Source: an uncultured Granulicatella sp. (GTDB lineage: Bacteria > Bacillota > Bacilli > Lactobacillales > Aerococcaceae). Taken from it: 64,000 nucleotides of DNA. Location: NCBI RefSeq assembly GCF_963528195.1, contig NZ_CAURVN010000002.1:3902-67901 (forward strand), read 5' to 3'. The notes under the pieces are model-generated. The model made no database searches, was not told the DNA's origin, and was given only the letters and a program-made list of their open reading frames with translations. Both the position numbers and the translations under genes were made by a program. This document shows, piece by piece, positions 1 through 10,909 of this stretch (its first letter is position 1; each line of letters begins with the position of its first letter).

Positions 1-176
1 GAAATGTTCCTCGGACTAACTCCTTCTCCTAATTCTGGTTCTTGAACAAATTTTAATGAAGTAACAAAGCAATCACTTTTCATAAAATCATCATACGTTT
101 TATAGATATGTTCTGCTACCTTTTCGTAATCAGCTTTGTTATATTTTTCATGTACAAAAATATCTATATTTTTCAT
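1..176 (-). CDS. hypothetical protein, N-terminal part only (continues past the left edge)
   Basis: ATG at 176-174 with AAGGAGG five nt upstream (plus-strand cctcctt at 182-188). The frame is open to position 1. Translation: MKNIDIFVHEKYNKADYEKVAEHIYKTYDDFMKSDCFVTSLKFVQEPELGEGVSPRN. Too short and truncated for the ORF track. No family recognised. Confidence 0.55.
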   Translation of the reverse strand, partial: MKNIDIFVHEKYNKADYEKVAEHIYKTYDDFMKSDCFVTSLKFVQEPELGEGVSPRNI

Positions 177-445
177 CTCAACCTCCTTAATGGGGTGTGA
201 AAATTATCATTAGTCTCACACAACTTCTAATTTTTATTTATCTACTTCAGCTTTTTTAGTAATTCTACAAAAGGTACTTTATTATTATCTTTTCTAAGCG
301 AAATCAAATCAAAAACAGAATCAACATCTAAATCAAACATTACGGATTTCAAACTAATTGTCATAAAATTCATATCTTGATAATGTTTTTGGACCCCTAG
401 TCCATCCAACTTTAGTAAGAAACTATAAATAGTAATAAATTTATT

Positions 446-3220
446 CTAGATTGTATCATTATTTATGCTTATTTTCTCTTTGGTTTCATTTTCATTGGTT
501 TCATTTGCAGCCTTTCGTATCAAATAATGATTATCTACTAATCCCTTCTTTATAATATAGTTCTTTTTTGTATTATCTTTAAAATCTAATTCATAGAGAC
601 CATATATTATTTCAATTTTAATCTGATATATCTCATTATCCATCATTTTAGATAATTGATTTAAGGCTAACTCTTTATATTTAGACTTACATAACATTAT
701 TAGTGTTCTTGTAGCTTGCACTCTTATATCTTTTTCATTATGAGAACTCAAGCCTATTGAATACTGAATAATTGTAGATAAAACACTATCCTCTAATTTG
801 TCAAAGTCTACATTATACAAAAATGATTTTAAAGTTTCAAATGATTTTATAATTTCTATTTCTGATTTTTGAGAAAATATTGCCATTTTAGAAAGAACAT
901 TCGAAAAATCATATTTATTGAAGCATAATTGTAACATCATAAAGCTAAATTCTAAAGTACTTAGAGATGCCTTTTCAAAAAACATTTCCTCGCGTCCGCA
1001 CAATACTAGTTCTTTATCTTCTATTATTGAGTAAAATGTTGAATCCAATTCTTTTTCATAAGGATATTTGTTCTTCAGGTAAATGAATAGTTCAATTGCT
1101 CTAATCTTGTCTCCAATAGTCTGTTTTTCTTCTCGCAATGTTCTAACAATAGAAGATAATATTGATTTTATATGTTTTGTATCTAGCTTTAGTTTATCAA
1201 ACTCTATAATATTTCTAATTGTTTTATAGGGGTCATCAGCATATCCAATTATAGTTCCATTCTTTCCTTGCTCTTTATTACGTTGATTAATTCTTTCAAC
1301 ATACCTATTAATATGCTTGTATGTTTCATCACCTCTGTTATGCTCTATCTCTAGTAAATATTCAGATAAGTAAAAGCTGTTCATACATTCTTCAATAGTA
1401 GTATCTAATAATTCAACATCTATCGTTATATTTTTCCTTAATACTATCAAGTAACTTGAAAGTACCTTGCAACCTTTTCTTATTTCTTCATTCTTTATCA
1501 TATCAATTATCAATTCAAGTACTTTCTCCTGATTGATAGTAGATATTTTTGAATAATTAATTCTACTTAATACTTTTAATATATTATCAAAATATATCCT
1601 GAAGTTTTTTTCTATAAGAGTTATGCATACTTCTATAATTTTATTATTATCTATTCTAGATATATTATATATTAAAAATTCAAAGATATAGCTTGCTATA
1701 CTTAGAATTCTATTTTTATCTGCAATCCATATATCAACCTCTTCAAACACTTCATATACATATGAAGTGAATAAATCATCACCGAAGTAGTAACCATAAT
1801 GTTTTAAAATCAATAATTTTGAAATAAACCTCTTATGTGGAACTGGGATTAAATTTATTCCTGAAATCATATTCACAATATCTGTTGCATTTATCGTATC
1901 TGTACTTTGATTATAAGCTCTTATAATTTTTTCTAATTCTTTATCATTTTGTTCCATTAATAATAATTTAATAAGAAAAATGTACATATTATGATCATAA
2001 TACAAAAAATTTAAGCTTGAAAGTATACTAATCATTCTATCTCTAATTAACAACAGATGTGTTAGAGAACCATAAGTCATTGATAATATAAATGACTTAG
2101 ACACATCATCAAGAATATCATCAACTCCTTCAAAATGTGTTGTATATGGAGAATCTACCTTCTGAGCCATTAACCTTTTAAGCAGCTTTTGTGATAAACT
2201 ACCTGTACATCTATCAAGTAATGGATAATATACATTTTCCTGATTTTCTTCCAATAAAGTTTGTGGTTTCATTTCTAACGAATATTGATTATTTATCTCA
2301 TCTTGCAAGACAATAATATTTCTCCAATCTATTAAAACATCATTGGAAAGCCAGTTTGGTATTTTATCATTATTAATCGATTCATTGTATGCATTTTCTA
2401 ATTCATTGGCACATTCATCTAATTCATTTGAAAAATATGCTTCTATAGCTCTAACTCTATATGTAATAAAAGACTTCAAGTAAGATTCATGTCTATTACA
2501 TAACTCATTTGCTAAACTAGAATAATTAATCGGTATATTTGTATGGTGACCTAATAGATTTGAAAACATTATACTAAGCGATTTATCTAATTTAAAATCT
2601 AATCTTGAACTTTCTTCTTTTTTTGTATTAAATATTATCTCTTTAGCTACATTTCTCGTCATAGTAAATCCTTGAAAAAGTTCTTTATCAATAATATAGT
2701 TATTACTTATAACGTTTATCTCTTCTGTATCTTCATTAATAGCAAAATCAACGAATTGTTCTCTACAATAGTTTCTATAAATATCAACAACATCTCTCAT
2801 TATTCCAGTATATACTTTTTCAATAAAGTCAGAAAACTCGTGAACTACGTCATATTTTTCTCTAAAACTATCTCGTATTTCTAATTGTAGTTGTGTAGGT
2901 TCCTTTTTATCTTCATCACAGAAAATATATAATGCCCTCTTTTTTAATTCTCTAGCCCGTTTTTGTTCCTTCAAGACAGCCTCCGACACATCATCCTTAT
3001 TATCTATCAAGAACACGCATAAATCCGAGTCATCTAGTTTTGTGATATAACTATCTATTACATGTTGGCTTGATGGCCCTTGCTCTTCAAATATAAATAC
3101 TTGAACTATATTTGTTTCTGATAATAAAGATTTTAAAGCCTTCCTTACCAAAGTATATCTTCCACCACATTTTGAGCTAATAAATACTTTTACTTTATAT
3201 TCAATGGTACCATCTCTCAT
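446..3220 (-). CDS. large uncharacterised protein: TIR-like/DUF4062-like N-terminal domain plus about 800 aa of helical (HEAT/ARM-like) repeats; candidate Abi/defence protein
   Basis: 924-aa ORF with a GGGGGG RBS upstream. N-terminus: KVKVFISSKCGG...VQVFIFEE...DDSDLCVFLIDNKDDVSEAVLKEQ. No Walker A motif anywhere. C-terminal HEAT-like segments include EKDIRVQATRTLIMLCKS and DNHYLIRKAANE. Very AT-rich. Confidence 0.85.
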   Translation of the reverse strand: MRDGTIEYKVKVFISSKCGGRYTLVRKALKSLLSETNIVQVFIFEEQGPSSQHVIDSYITKLDDSDLCVFLIDNKDDVSEAVLKEQKRARELKKRALYIFCDEDKKEPTQLQLEIRDSFREKYDVVHEFSDFIEKVYTGIMRDVVDIYRNYCREQFVDFAINEDTEEINVISNNYIIDKELFQGFTMTRNVAKEIIFNTKKEESSRLDFKLDKSLSIMFSNLLGHHTNIPINYSSLANELCNRHESYLKSFITYRVRAIEAYFSNELDECANELENAYNESINNDKIPNWLSNDVLIDWRNIIVLQDEINNQYSLEMKPQTLLEENQENVYYPLLDRCTGSLSQKLLKRLMAQKVDSPYTTHFEGVDDILDDVSKSFILSMTYGSLTHLLLIRDRMISILSSLNFLYYDHNMYIFLIKLLLMEQNDKELEKIIRAYNQSTDTINATDIVNMISGINLIPVPHKRFISKLLILKHYGYYFGDDLFTSYVYEVFEEVDIWIADKNRILSIASYIFEFLIYNISRIDNNKIIEVCITLIEKNFRIYFDNILKVLSRINYSKISTINQEKVLELIIDMIKNEEIRKGCKVLSSYLIVLRKNITIDVELLDTTIEECMNSFYLSEYLLEIEHNRGDETYKHINRYVERINQRNKEQGKNGTIIGYADDPYKTIRNIIEFDKLKLDTKHIKSILSSIVRTLREEKQTIGDKIRAIELFIYLKNKYPYEKELDSTFYSIIEDKELVLCGREEMFFEKASLSTLEFSFMMLQLCFNKYDFSNVLSKMAIFSQKSEIEIIKSFETLKSFLYNVDFDKLEDSVLSTIIQYSIGLSSHNEKDIRVQATRTLIMLCKSKYKELALNQLSKMMDNEIYQIKIEIIYGLYELDFKDNTKKNYIIKKGLVDNHYLIRKAANETNENETKEKISINNDTI

Positions 3221-3478
3221 CTTTCAATCCCCCCTTTAATCTTGCGTATATAACATAATAAATAAGCATATTATTATCTTACCATTGTTCCCTTTATTTC
3301 TGAATTCGTTCAAAGATTTCCCTTTTGACAAATTATATGTGAGCATAGTGGTATCCCCGCACCGTGTAAAGTGAAGTCATCAAAATCATGTTTAATGTAT
3401 TGACTGATACGCAACACATTGCCAACCCTATTTAACAAATCATATATAACTCATTTATCCATTTAACTATTCAAGATA

Positions 3479-3691
3479 TTAATTTTCTTTCTTAATACAC
3501 TCTACTATTTCTTCAATATTACAGTCTAAAGCATTACAAATTCTAAGCAAGACATCCGTAGTTACATTTTGCCCGTTCTTCATTTTGTAAAATGTACTTT
3601 TACTCACTTTTGCCTTTTCCATCAATTCATTATTTGTCATATCTAAATCAATTAGTTTTTTGAACAATCTTTTATAACTAAAAACCTTCAT
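3479..3691 (-). CDS. XRE/Cro-C1 family helix-turn-helix transcriptional regulator
   Basis: 70 aa. Contains MTNNELMEKAKVSKSTFYKMKNGQNVTTDVLLRICNALDC, a typical HTH_26/XRE pattern. GGAGG RBS (aacggaggataaga ATG). Confidence 0.85.
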   Translation of the reverse strand: MKVFSYKRLFKKLIDLDMTNNELMEKAKVSKSTFYKMKNGQNVTTDVLLRICNALDCNIEEIVECIKKEN

Positions 3692-3726
3692 TCTTATCCT
3701 CCGTTCAAGAAACCTAAATTTAATAT

Positions 3727-3735
3727 ATTATACCA
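3727..3735 (-). promoter_or_regulatory. extended -10 element (TGgTATAAT) of the XRE gene promoter
   Basis: The minus strand reads tatggTATAATatatt about 35 nt upstream of the XRE ATG. The -35 is weak. Confidence 0.45.
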
Positions 3736-3811
3736 TAAAATACACTTTTTTCATAAATATGTTCTCTTTAATCGAACTCACGCAAATAAAAATGTAAAGT
3801 TTCAAAGTAAT

Positions 3812-3836
3812 TTCTAGTTAAGTATCAAAACTAGAA
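3812..3836. repeat. 8-bp inverted repeat TTCTAGTT-N9-AACTAGAA upstream of the XRE promoter (possible operator)
   Basis: Perfect arms at 3812-3819 and 3829-3836. Confidence 0.3.
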
Positions 3837-3854
3837 CTTAGATTGAGAATTTAC

Positions 3855-3890
3855 CAAAAAAGGTATTTTGACTATACAGTCAAAATACCT
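3855..3890 (-). terminator. rho-independent terminator (13-bp stem)
   Basis: AGGTATTTTGACT-atac-AGTCAAAATACCT. It is preceded on the plus strand by AAAAAA, which is the T-run on the minus strand. Confidence 0.75.
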
Positions 3891-3956
3891 AATTCGTAAC
3901 GTACTCCTATTATGATCCTTCCACAAGAATAGACTTTTCACTGTAGTATTAATAAT

Positions 3957-3985
3957 AAAAACCACATCCAGTGGTTTTTATTATA
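3957..3985. terminator. bidirectional terminator downstream of the ABC-2 operon
   Basis: AAAAACCAC-atcca-GTGGTTTTT, flanked by A/T runs on both sides. Confidence 0.7.
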
Positions 3986-4005
3986 GGAAATTTTGAGACC
4001 TAGGC

Positions 4006-4050
4006 TCAAAATTTAGGCATGAGATTCGCTTGCGAAGCTGCTGCCGTCCT
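4006..4050. repeat. REP-like structured intergenic element, copy A
   Basis: The 38-nt core ttaggcatgagattcgcttgcgaagctgctgccgtcct (4013-4050) matches 57853-57890 at 31/38 positions. It lies 28 nt past the stop of the minus-strand permease gene. Confidence 0.7.
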
Positions 4051-4078
4051 TTACTACAGCACGAAAGTCTAATTCGCC

Positions 4079-4807
4079 TTACACAGCTTTTCTTGTTAGT
4101 TTTGCTAAAAAGATTTCTTTTCGTGTTGGATTTAATACAATTAAGTTTACTAAGAACAACCCTACTAACCAAGCTAACGGTACACCAATCGTTTCAAAAC
4201 TTAACTCAAAACTTTCTTTTGTAAAGAAGTCTACATAAACTCCCATAAATGTATAATGAGCAATTTTTGAAACAGTCTCACTCAATCCAGAGAATAATGG
4301 TAAAAATGAAATAGCCATCATAGGTACTAAACCATTCACTTGCGCTTGTGATTGAGTATTAGAAAGAGAAGCAATTAATAAGTTTAATAATACAACACAT
4401 AGCCCTACAACAATCGCTACTACAAAATATGCTCCCCAATGTTTCCCAAAGTCTGCATCTACAATCATTGGAAAACTTACAATCGTTACAAGACCAATAA
4501 TAACTGGATAAAATAGTGCAGATAATAAATATTCTCCATTTCTAACACCACTGAGTAATAAAGATTTCAAGTTTTTCTTTTCCTTATCTTCTGCAATTGT
4601 TAAAGAAGTTAAACTTCCTAGCGAAACTGAGAATGCTAATGATAAACACATGAATACCATATATGAAGAATGTAGTCCATCCTCATTCATAAATTGGTTG
4701 TATAAGACTAATAATCCATACGGTAATAAAATCGTTGCTAATAAAGTGCTGTTACTTAATAATACTTGTGTGCGTAGCCAAACTAAGGCAGTTAATCGTT
4801 TAATCAT
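4079..4807 (-). CDS. ABC-2 type transporter permease
   Basis: 242 aa, polytopic and hydrophobic. Overlaps the stop of the upstream ATPase gene (4800-4807). Confidence 0.8.
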   Translation of the reverse strand: MIKRLTALVWLRTQVLLSNSTLLATILLPYGLLVLYNQFMNEDGLHSSYMVFMCLSLAFSVSLGSLTSLTIAEDKEKKNLKSLLLSGVRNGEYLLSALFYPVIIGLVTIVSFPMIVDADFGKHWGAYFVVAIVVGLCVVLLNLLIASLSNTQSQAQVNGLVPMMAISFLPLFSGLSETVSKIAHYTFMGVYVDFFTKESFELSFETIGVPLAWLVGLFLVNLIVLNPTRKEIFLAKLTRKAV

Positions 4808-5624
4808 TTAATTTCTCTCCTGTCAATTGAATAAATATTTCTTCTAAAGTTGGTTCACATGAGTGAATCGCAACAACTTGTGCTAGATCTGTTTGTCCTA
4901 ATTCTTCAAAAGTAATTTGTGTATGTGTTTCATCTGCGAATGTTAATTGAACTTTTTTCTCGTGATTATATTTTTGAATAATCGAAGAAGGTGTGCCGTA
5001 TTCAATTAAATGTCCTCGGTTCAATAAACTTAGACGGTCACATAATAATGTTGCTTCGTTCATATCGTGAGTTGTTAAGAAAATCGTTGTTCCTGCTTCT
5101 TTTAGTTCTAATAATAATTCATGGATTTTCTTAGAAGTAGTTGGATCTAATCCGCTTGTTGGCTCATCTAAAAATAATACTTTTGGCTTATTGATTAAAG
5201 CTCTTGCTAGAAACATTCTTTGTTTCATTCCTGTCGATAATTTCTCTGCTGCTAAATTTTTACTATCGTATAAATCGACTTGTTTTAACACTTCATCTAC
5301 TCGTGCATTTGGTTTTCCATATAATTTTGCGTAAGCTTGTAAATTTTTATACAGGCTTAGTTTTTCATAAAATCCACTCGTATCACTCACTAATCCGATT
5401 AGTTCTAAATCTGCTGGAGTTAACTTCTCAGACACTTTGCCTAACAATTCTGTTTGCCCGTTATCAGCATTTAATTGTCCCGTTAAAATTTTAATCATTG
5501 TTGTTTTCCCTGAACCAGATGGCCCTAAGAATCCAAAAATTTCTCCTTTCTTCACTTCAAAAGAAATTTCTTCTAAAGCAACTTTTTGATTAAATTTTTT
5601 TGTAACGTTTTTTACAATAATCAT
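4800..5624 (-). CDS. ABC transporter ATP-binding protein
   Basis: Walker [10 protein letters not shown], signature LSTGMKQR, Walker B LFLDEPTSGLD. Confidence 0.93.
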   Translation of the reverse strand: MIIVKNVTKKFNQKVALEEISFEVKKGEIFGFLGPSGSGKTTMIKILTGQLNADNGQTELLGKVSEKLTPADLELIGLVSDTSGFYEKLSLYKNLQAYAKLYGKPNARVDEVLKQVDLYDSKNLAAEKLSTGMKQRMFLARALINKPKVLFLDEPTSGLDPTTSKKIHELLLELKEAGTTIFLTTHDMNEATLLCDRLSLLNRGHLIEYGTPSSIIQKYNHEKKVQLTFADETHTQITFEELGQTDLAQVVAIHSCEPTLEEIFIQLTGEKLND

Positions 5625-5753
5625 GTTTATCCCCTCTTTACTAATTTCCTAACTGATGAATTCATTATAGAAAATTTTTCTTTATTCCAGTAGTGTCTTG
5701 AGTCACTACCTACCATGACTTTAGTCACGAATTCTCATGCAAATCGTCACGAC

Positions 5754-5779
5754 AAAAAAGCATACCGAAATCGGTATGC
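5754..5779 (-). terminator. rho-independent terminator after ydcF-like gene
   Basis: GCATACCG-aaat-CGGTATGC with a plus-strand A-run upstream. Confidence 0.7.
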
Positions 5780-5803
5780 CTTCCCTAGTATCCATTTAAC
5801 TTT

Positions 5804-6832
5804 CTACCACAATATGCCTCGATACGATAATATAACCAATAGAACATATAGTAATTCAAACCCTATAAAGAGTTTTTTCATTTTCACACACATCGCTACA
5901 TATTCACGAATAAAAGCGGATGGAATATAATAACTGGCAGTGGAGCAACCTAAACCATCCCCCTGCATTCCAATTTGACGAGCATAAGTACTCGTACGAA
6001 ATACATGATAATCATTTGTTACAAATAAAAATCGAGGATTTTTAATCAATTGCTCTCCTATTTCTTTAGAGAACAATAAATTTTCATAAGTTGTTGTAGA
6101 TTTTTCTTCTAATATAATAGCTTCTTTTGGCACATCTGTATGTTCCACTAAATAGTTATACATCGCTTGTGCTTCAGATATTTTTTCATCACTACCTTGT
6201 CCACCACTGGAAATAAGTCGAATATGAGGATTTTTGGATTTTTGAAATGCTTGTACAGCCTTATCAATTCTCTTTTTTAGAAGAGGCGTAACTCTTTCCC
6301 CATCTAACAATCCGGCACCATGAATAATAATAAAATCATAATGCTGTTTCTTCGGCACCCATAAATAGACAAACGAGTACATCATAAATCCTACAAACGC
6401 AAATCCAAAAATAATATAAGAATAAATGATAAACATAAATAGTATATTAATCCACGGATTATAAATGAAAAAATTATTTGTAACTAGCCCAACTCGAATC
6501 CACATAAAAACAAAGAATAATAAAATTACAATCCCCATAATAGGAGAAAGAAGATTCGCTTTAGAAAAACCTTCTTTTTTTAACAAAATAAAGCCATTAA
6601 TGATTAAAAATAAACCACTCAAAAGAATCAGAACAGGAATGAGTAAAATTCCTACTATCATCACCAAATGAGCATTTTCATACCCAAAACTAAAAAAGAG
6701 ATTCGCAATGGATAGATATAAAAACAACACTTCAATGACTAATAAAGCTGGATTCCATAAACTGCGATTATCCTTCCACATAGAAAAAAGTAAGGCAATT
6801 AATACGAAAATCGTAACTCCATATAAAAACAT
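5804..6832 (-). CDS. YdcF/DUF218 family membrane protein
   Basis: N-terminal TM helices, then IIIHGAGLLDGERVTPLL...SSGGQG...TTTYENL...VTNDYH, which are DUF218 motifs. Confidence 0.85.
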   Translation of the reverse strand: MFLYGVTIFVLIALLFSMWKDNRSLWNPALLVIEVLFLYLSIANLFFSFGYENAHLVMIVGILLIPVLILLSGLFLIINGFILLKKEGFSKANLLSPIMGIVILLFFVFMWIRVGLVTNNFFIYNPWINILFMFIIYSYIIFGFAFVGFMMYSFVYLWVPKKQHYDFIIIHGAGLLDGERVTPLLKKRIDKAVQAFQKSKNPHIRLISSGGQGSDEKISEAQAMYNYLVEHTDVPKEAIILEEKSTTTYENLLFSKEIGEQLIKNPRFLFVTNDYHVFRTSTYARQIGMQGDGLGCSTASYYIPSAFIREYVAMCVKMKKLFIGFELLYVLLVILSYRGILW

Positions 6833-6846
6833 ACTAACCTACTTTC

Positions 6847-8208
6847 TTACTCTGCTAAAATTTTTTCAAAATCAAAAACTTCACCTTTTTGTTTATCGCT
6901 TAAAATTAAAGCAATCACGATCCCTACTAAAGCTGGAACTCCCCATCCTAACGATAAAGTAGAAAATGGTAATTGGTTCATCATAGTAGATAATGCAGAT
7001 AGTTTTAATGTGTCTCCTAATACTGTTAATACGGATACTAGAACTGTCAATCCAACTGTTAATTGCATTCCGATTTTAGAAAGAGGAACAAATTTATTTA
7101 AAAGAATTAATATAACCATAATAATCGTAATTGGATATAAAATTAATAATACCGGCAATGAAAACTTAATTACTGTATTTAATCCTAAATTAGAAATTCC
7201 AAATCCAATGAAAGAGAAAACTGTTGCATATACTTTATAAGAATATTTAGGGAATAATTCTTCAAAGAACTCTCCAGTTGAAACAATTAATCCAACCGTT
7301 GTTGTAAAGCACGTTAAGATAACCATTGCTCCTAAAAATACTTGTCCAAATACTCCAAAAATATCTTTGGAAGCTGCTGTTAAAATATAAGAACCTTTAT
7401 TAACTGTTTCATCTGCTAATACATCTGCAGGCACTGTAAAATGATTTCCTAAATTAGCTAATCCTAAATATAAAATACTAAAACCTACAGCAGTTACTAA
7501 ACCTACTCCAATAATGGTTTTTGTAAATTCTTCTTTTGAAGAAAAATGGAATTTTTTCAATGTATTTACTGCTACCACACAGAAGGCAACAGAAGCTAAG
7601 GCATCTAATGTATTGTAGCCTTCAATAAATCCATTCCCAAACGAACCACCATTTTGATAAGCTGTTGCTGCTTGCATTGGTGCTACTCCTGCATATTTAA
7701 TCGCTCCTAATAATACTAAGACTAAAATTAACCCTGCAAATAAAGGTGTTAAAATTTTCCCGATACTATTTAAAATCGTTGAACGATGAATCGCAATCCA
7801 ATATGCTGCAACAAAGTATAATACTGTATATATAAACAATGATAAAGTGCTTGAAATTCCCATTGAGGCTAAAGATGACTCAAATGGCTGAATACTAATC
7901 GAATACGAAACAGTTGCTGTTCTTGGAATTGCAAAAAATGGTCCAATTGACAAATATAAAACAGCTAAAAATGCTACTGCAAATACTTTATGAACTTTAC
8001 TTTCTAATTCATGTTTAAAACTTCCATTACTCGTTGCGCCTACAACTAATGTTATAATGGGAATACCGACGCCTGATAAAATAAATCCCGCAATCGCCGG
8101 TCCGAAATACTCACCAGAAAATAACCCTAATGAAGGCGGAAAGATTAAATTTCCTGCTCCAAAAAAGAAACCAAATAATAATAAACCTGTCAATAAGCCC
8201 TTTTTCAT
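6847..8208 (-). CDS. brnQ: branched-chain amino acid transport system II carrier (LIVCS family)
   Basis: 453 aa. Has the GFFFGAGNLIFPPSLG hallmark and a 12-TM-like profile. Confidence 0.92.
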   Translation of the reverse strand: MKKGLLTGLLLFGFFFGAGNLIFPPSLGLFSGEYFGPAIAGFILSGVGIPIITLVVGATSNGSFKHELESKVHKVFAVAFLAVLYLSIGPFFAIPRTATVSYSISIQPFESSLASMGISSTLSLFIYTVLYFVAAYWIAIHRSTILNSIGKILTPLFAGLILVLVLLGAIKYAGVAPMQAATAYQNGGSFGNGFIEGYNTLDALASVAFCVVAVNTLKKFHFSSKEEFTKTIIGVGLVTAVGFSILYLGLANLGNHFTVPADVLADETVNKGSYILTAASKDIFGVFGQVFLGAMVILTCFTTTVGLIVSTGEFFEELFPKYSYKVYATVFSFIGFGISNLGLNTVIKFSLPVLLILYPITIIMVILILLNKFVPLSKIGMQLTVGLTVLVSVLTVLGDTLKLSALSTMMNQLPFSTLSLGWGVPALVGIVIALILSDKQKGEVFDFEKILAE

Positions 8209-8235
8209 CTTACATTCTCCTTTTCTCTTATAATA

Positions 8236-8268
8236 TGCGAAAGAGTACGTTGTAAAGCAACGTACTCT
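8236..8268 (-). terminator. terminator after metG
   Basis: AGAGTACGTTG-taaag-CAACGTACTCT, an 11-bp stem. Confidence 0.6.
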
Positions 8269-8292
8269 CCCTACAATAACTGTGTCTACTCA

Positions 8293-10320
<2,028 letters not shown>

Positions 10321-10396
10321 TTAAATTTATAGATAGTGTTATTTTACCATAACGATTCCTAGAATTAAACCACTAACTCTTTTTGAGAACAAAGCA

Positions 10397-10825
10397 TTAT
10401 TGTCGATCTTCTTTAGGTGAAAAAGCCCAAAATCTTTGTCCGATATAATTAAATGCAACAAATAAAACCATCCCTACCAATAACGCAATATTCCCTTGTA
10501 TATTCGTAGAGAATCCTGATAATAACCATGCAACAAATGGCTTTGCTAATCCATAAGCAAGAACGTAACAAATGGTAATGTTCACGATAAATTTCCACAA
10601 TGTATTCCAATCATGGCCTTTTTGCTGGAAAGTATATCGCTTATTCAAGAAATAACTCACGATGCTTCCCACTATATAATTCAACGCACTTGAAATCCAA
10701 TAACTCCACGCTAATACATTGAAGCAAAAAAACATAATTGCTGTTCCAACAAGTGTATTGACGACTCCTACTAATATAAATCTTAGAAAAGTCGCATCAA
10801 AAAAAGATGATAAAATTTTTTTCAA
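10397..10825 (-). CDS. GtrA family membrane protein
   Basis: 142 aa, four TM helices, contains FLRFILVGVVNTLVGTAIMF. Confidence 0.85.
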   Translation of the reverse strand: MKKILSSFFDATFLRFILVGVVNTLVGTAIMFFCFNVLAWSYWISSALNYIVGSIVSYFLNKRYTFQQKGHDWNTLWKFIVNITICYVLAYGLAKPFVAWLLSGFSTNIQGNIALLVGMVLFVAFNYIGQRFWAFSPKEDRQ

Positions 10826-10909
10826 AACTTTTCCTCCCTATAAAAAAGAGGAGCGCTACGCACTCCCACTTTCTAATCTATTCGTTATCGTTTGTAGATG
10901 AACGAGGAA

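Larger units (their letters stand above)
1..3700. other. AT-rich accessory islet (right-hand part; left boundary lies outside the window)
   Basis: Hand count of single 60-nt lines: 1561-1620 has 11 G+C, versus 27 G+C for 13081-13140 inside gatB. The islet is bounded on the right by stacked hairpins at 3855-4012 and then the ABC-2 operon. Confidence 0.5.

Noticed and set aside
242-373. The reading frame of the 924-aa ORF stays open for 66 more codons after its TAG (446-448). It contains a possible 43-aa ORF (MNFMTISLKSVMFDLDVDSVFDLISLRKDNNKVPFVELLKKLK).
   Set aside because: There is no Shine-Dalgarno sequence before any candidate start, and in AT-rich DNA such open stretches arise easily. I cannot support stop-codon read-through or a separate gene from sequence alone. 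It is worth a glance only if proteomics or ribosome profiling exists.
2672-2884. Short opposite-strand or nested ORFs throughout the track. Examples: 2672.., 4030.., 5204.., 6465.., 7010.., 8931.., 12553.., 13057.., 16585.., 18683.., 25137.., 37572.., 41826.., 52602.., 54870.., 58791...
   Set aside because: Each lies wholly inside a longer ORF that has recognisable family motifs. None has an RBS or a family resemblance.
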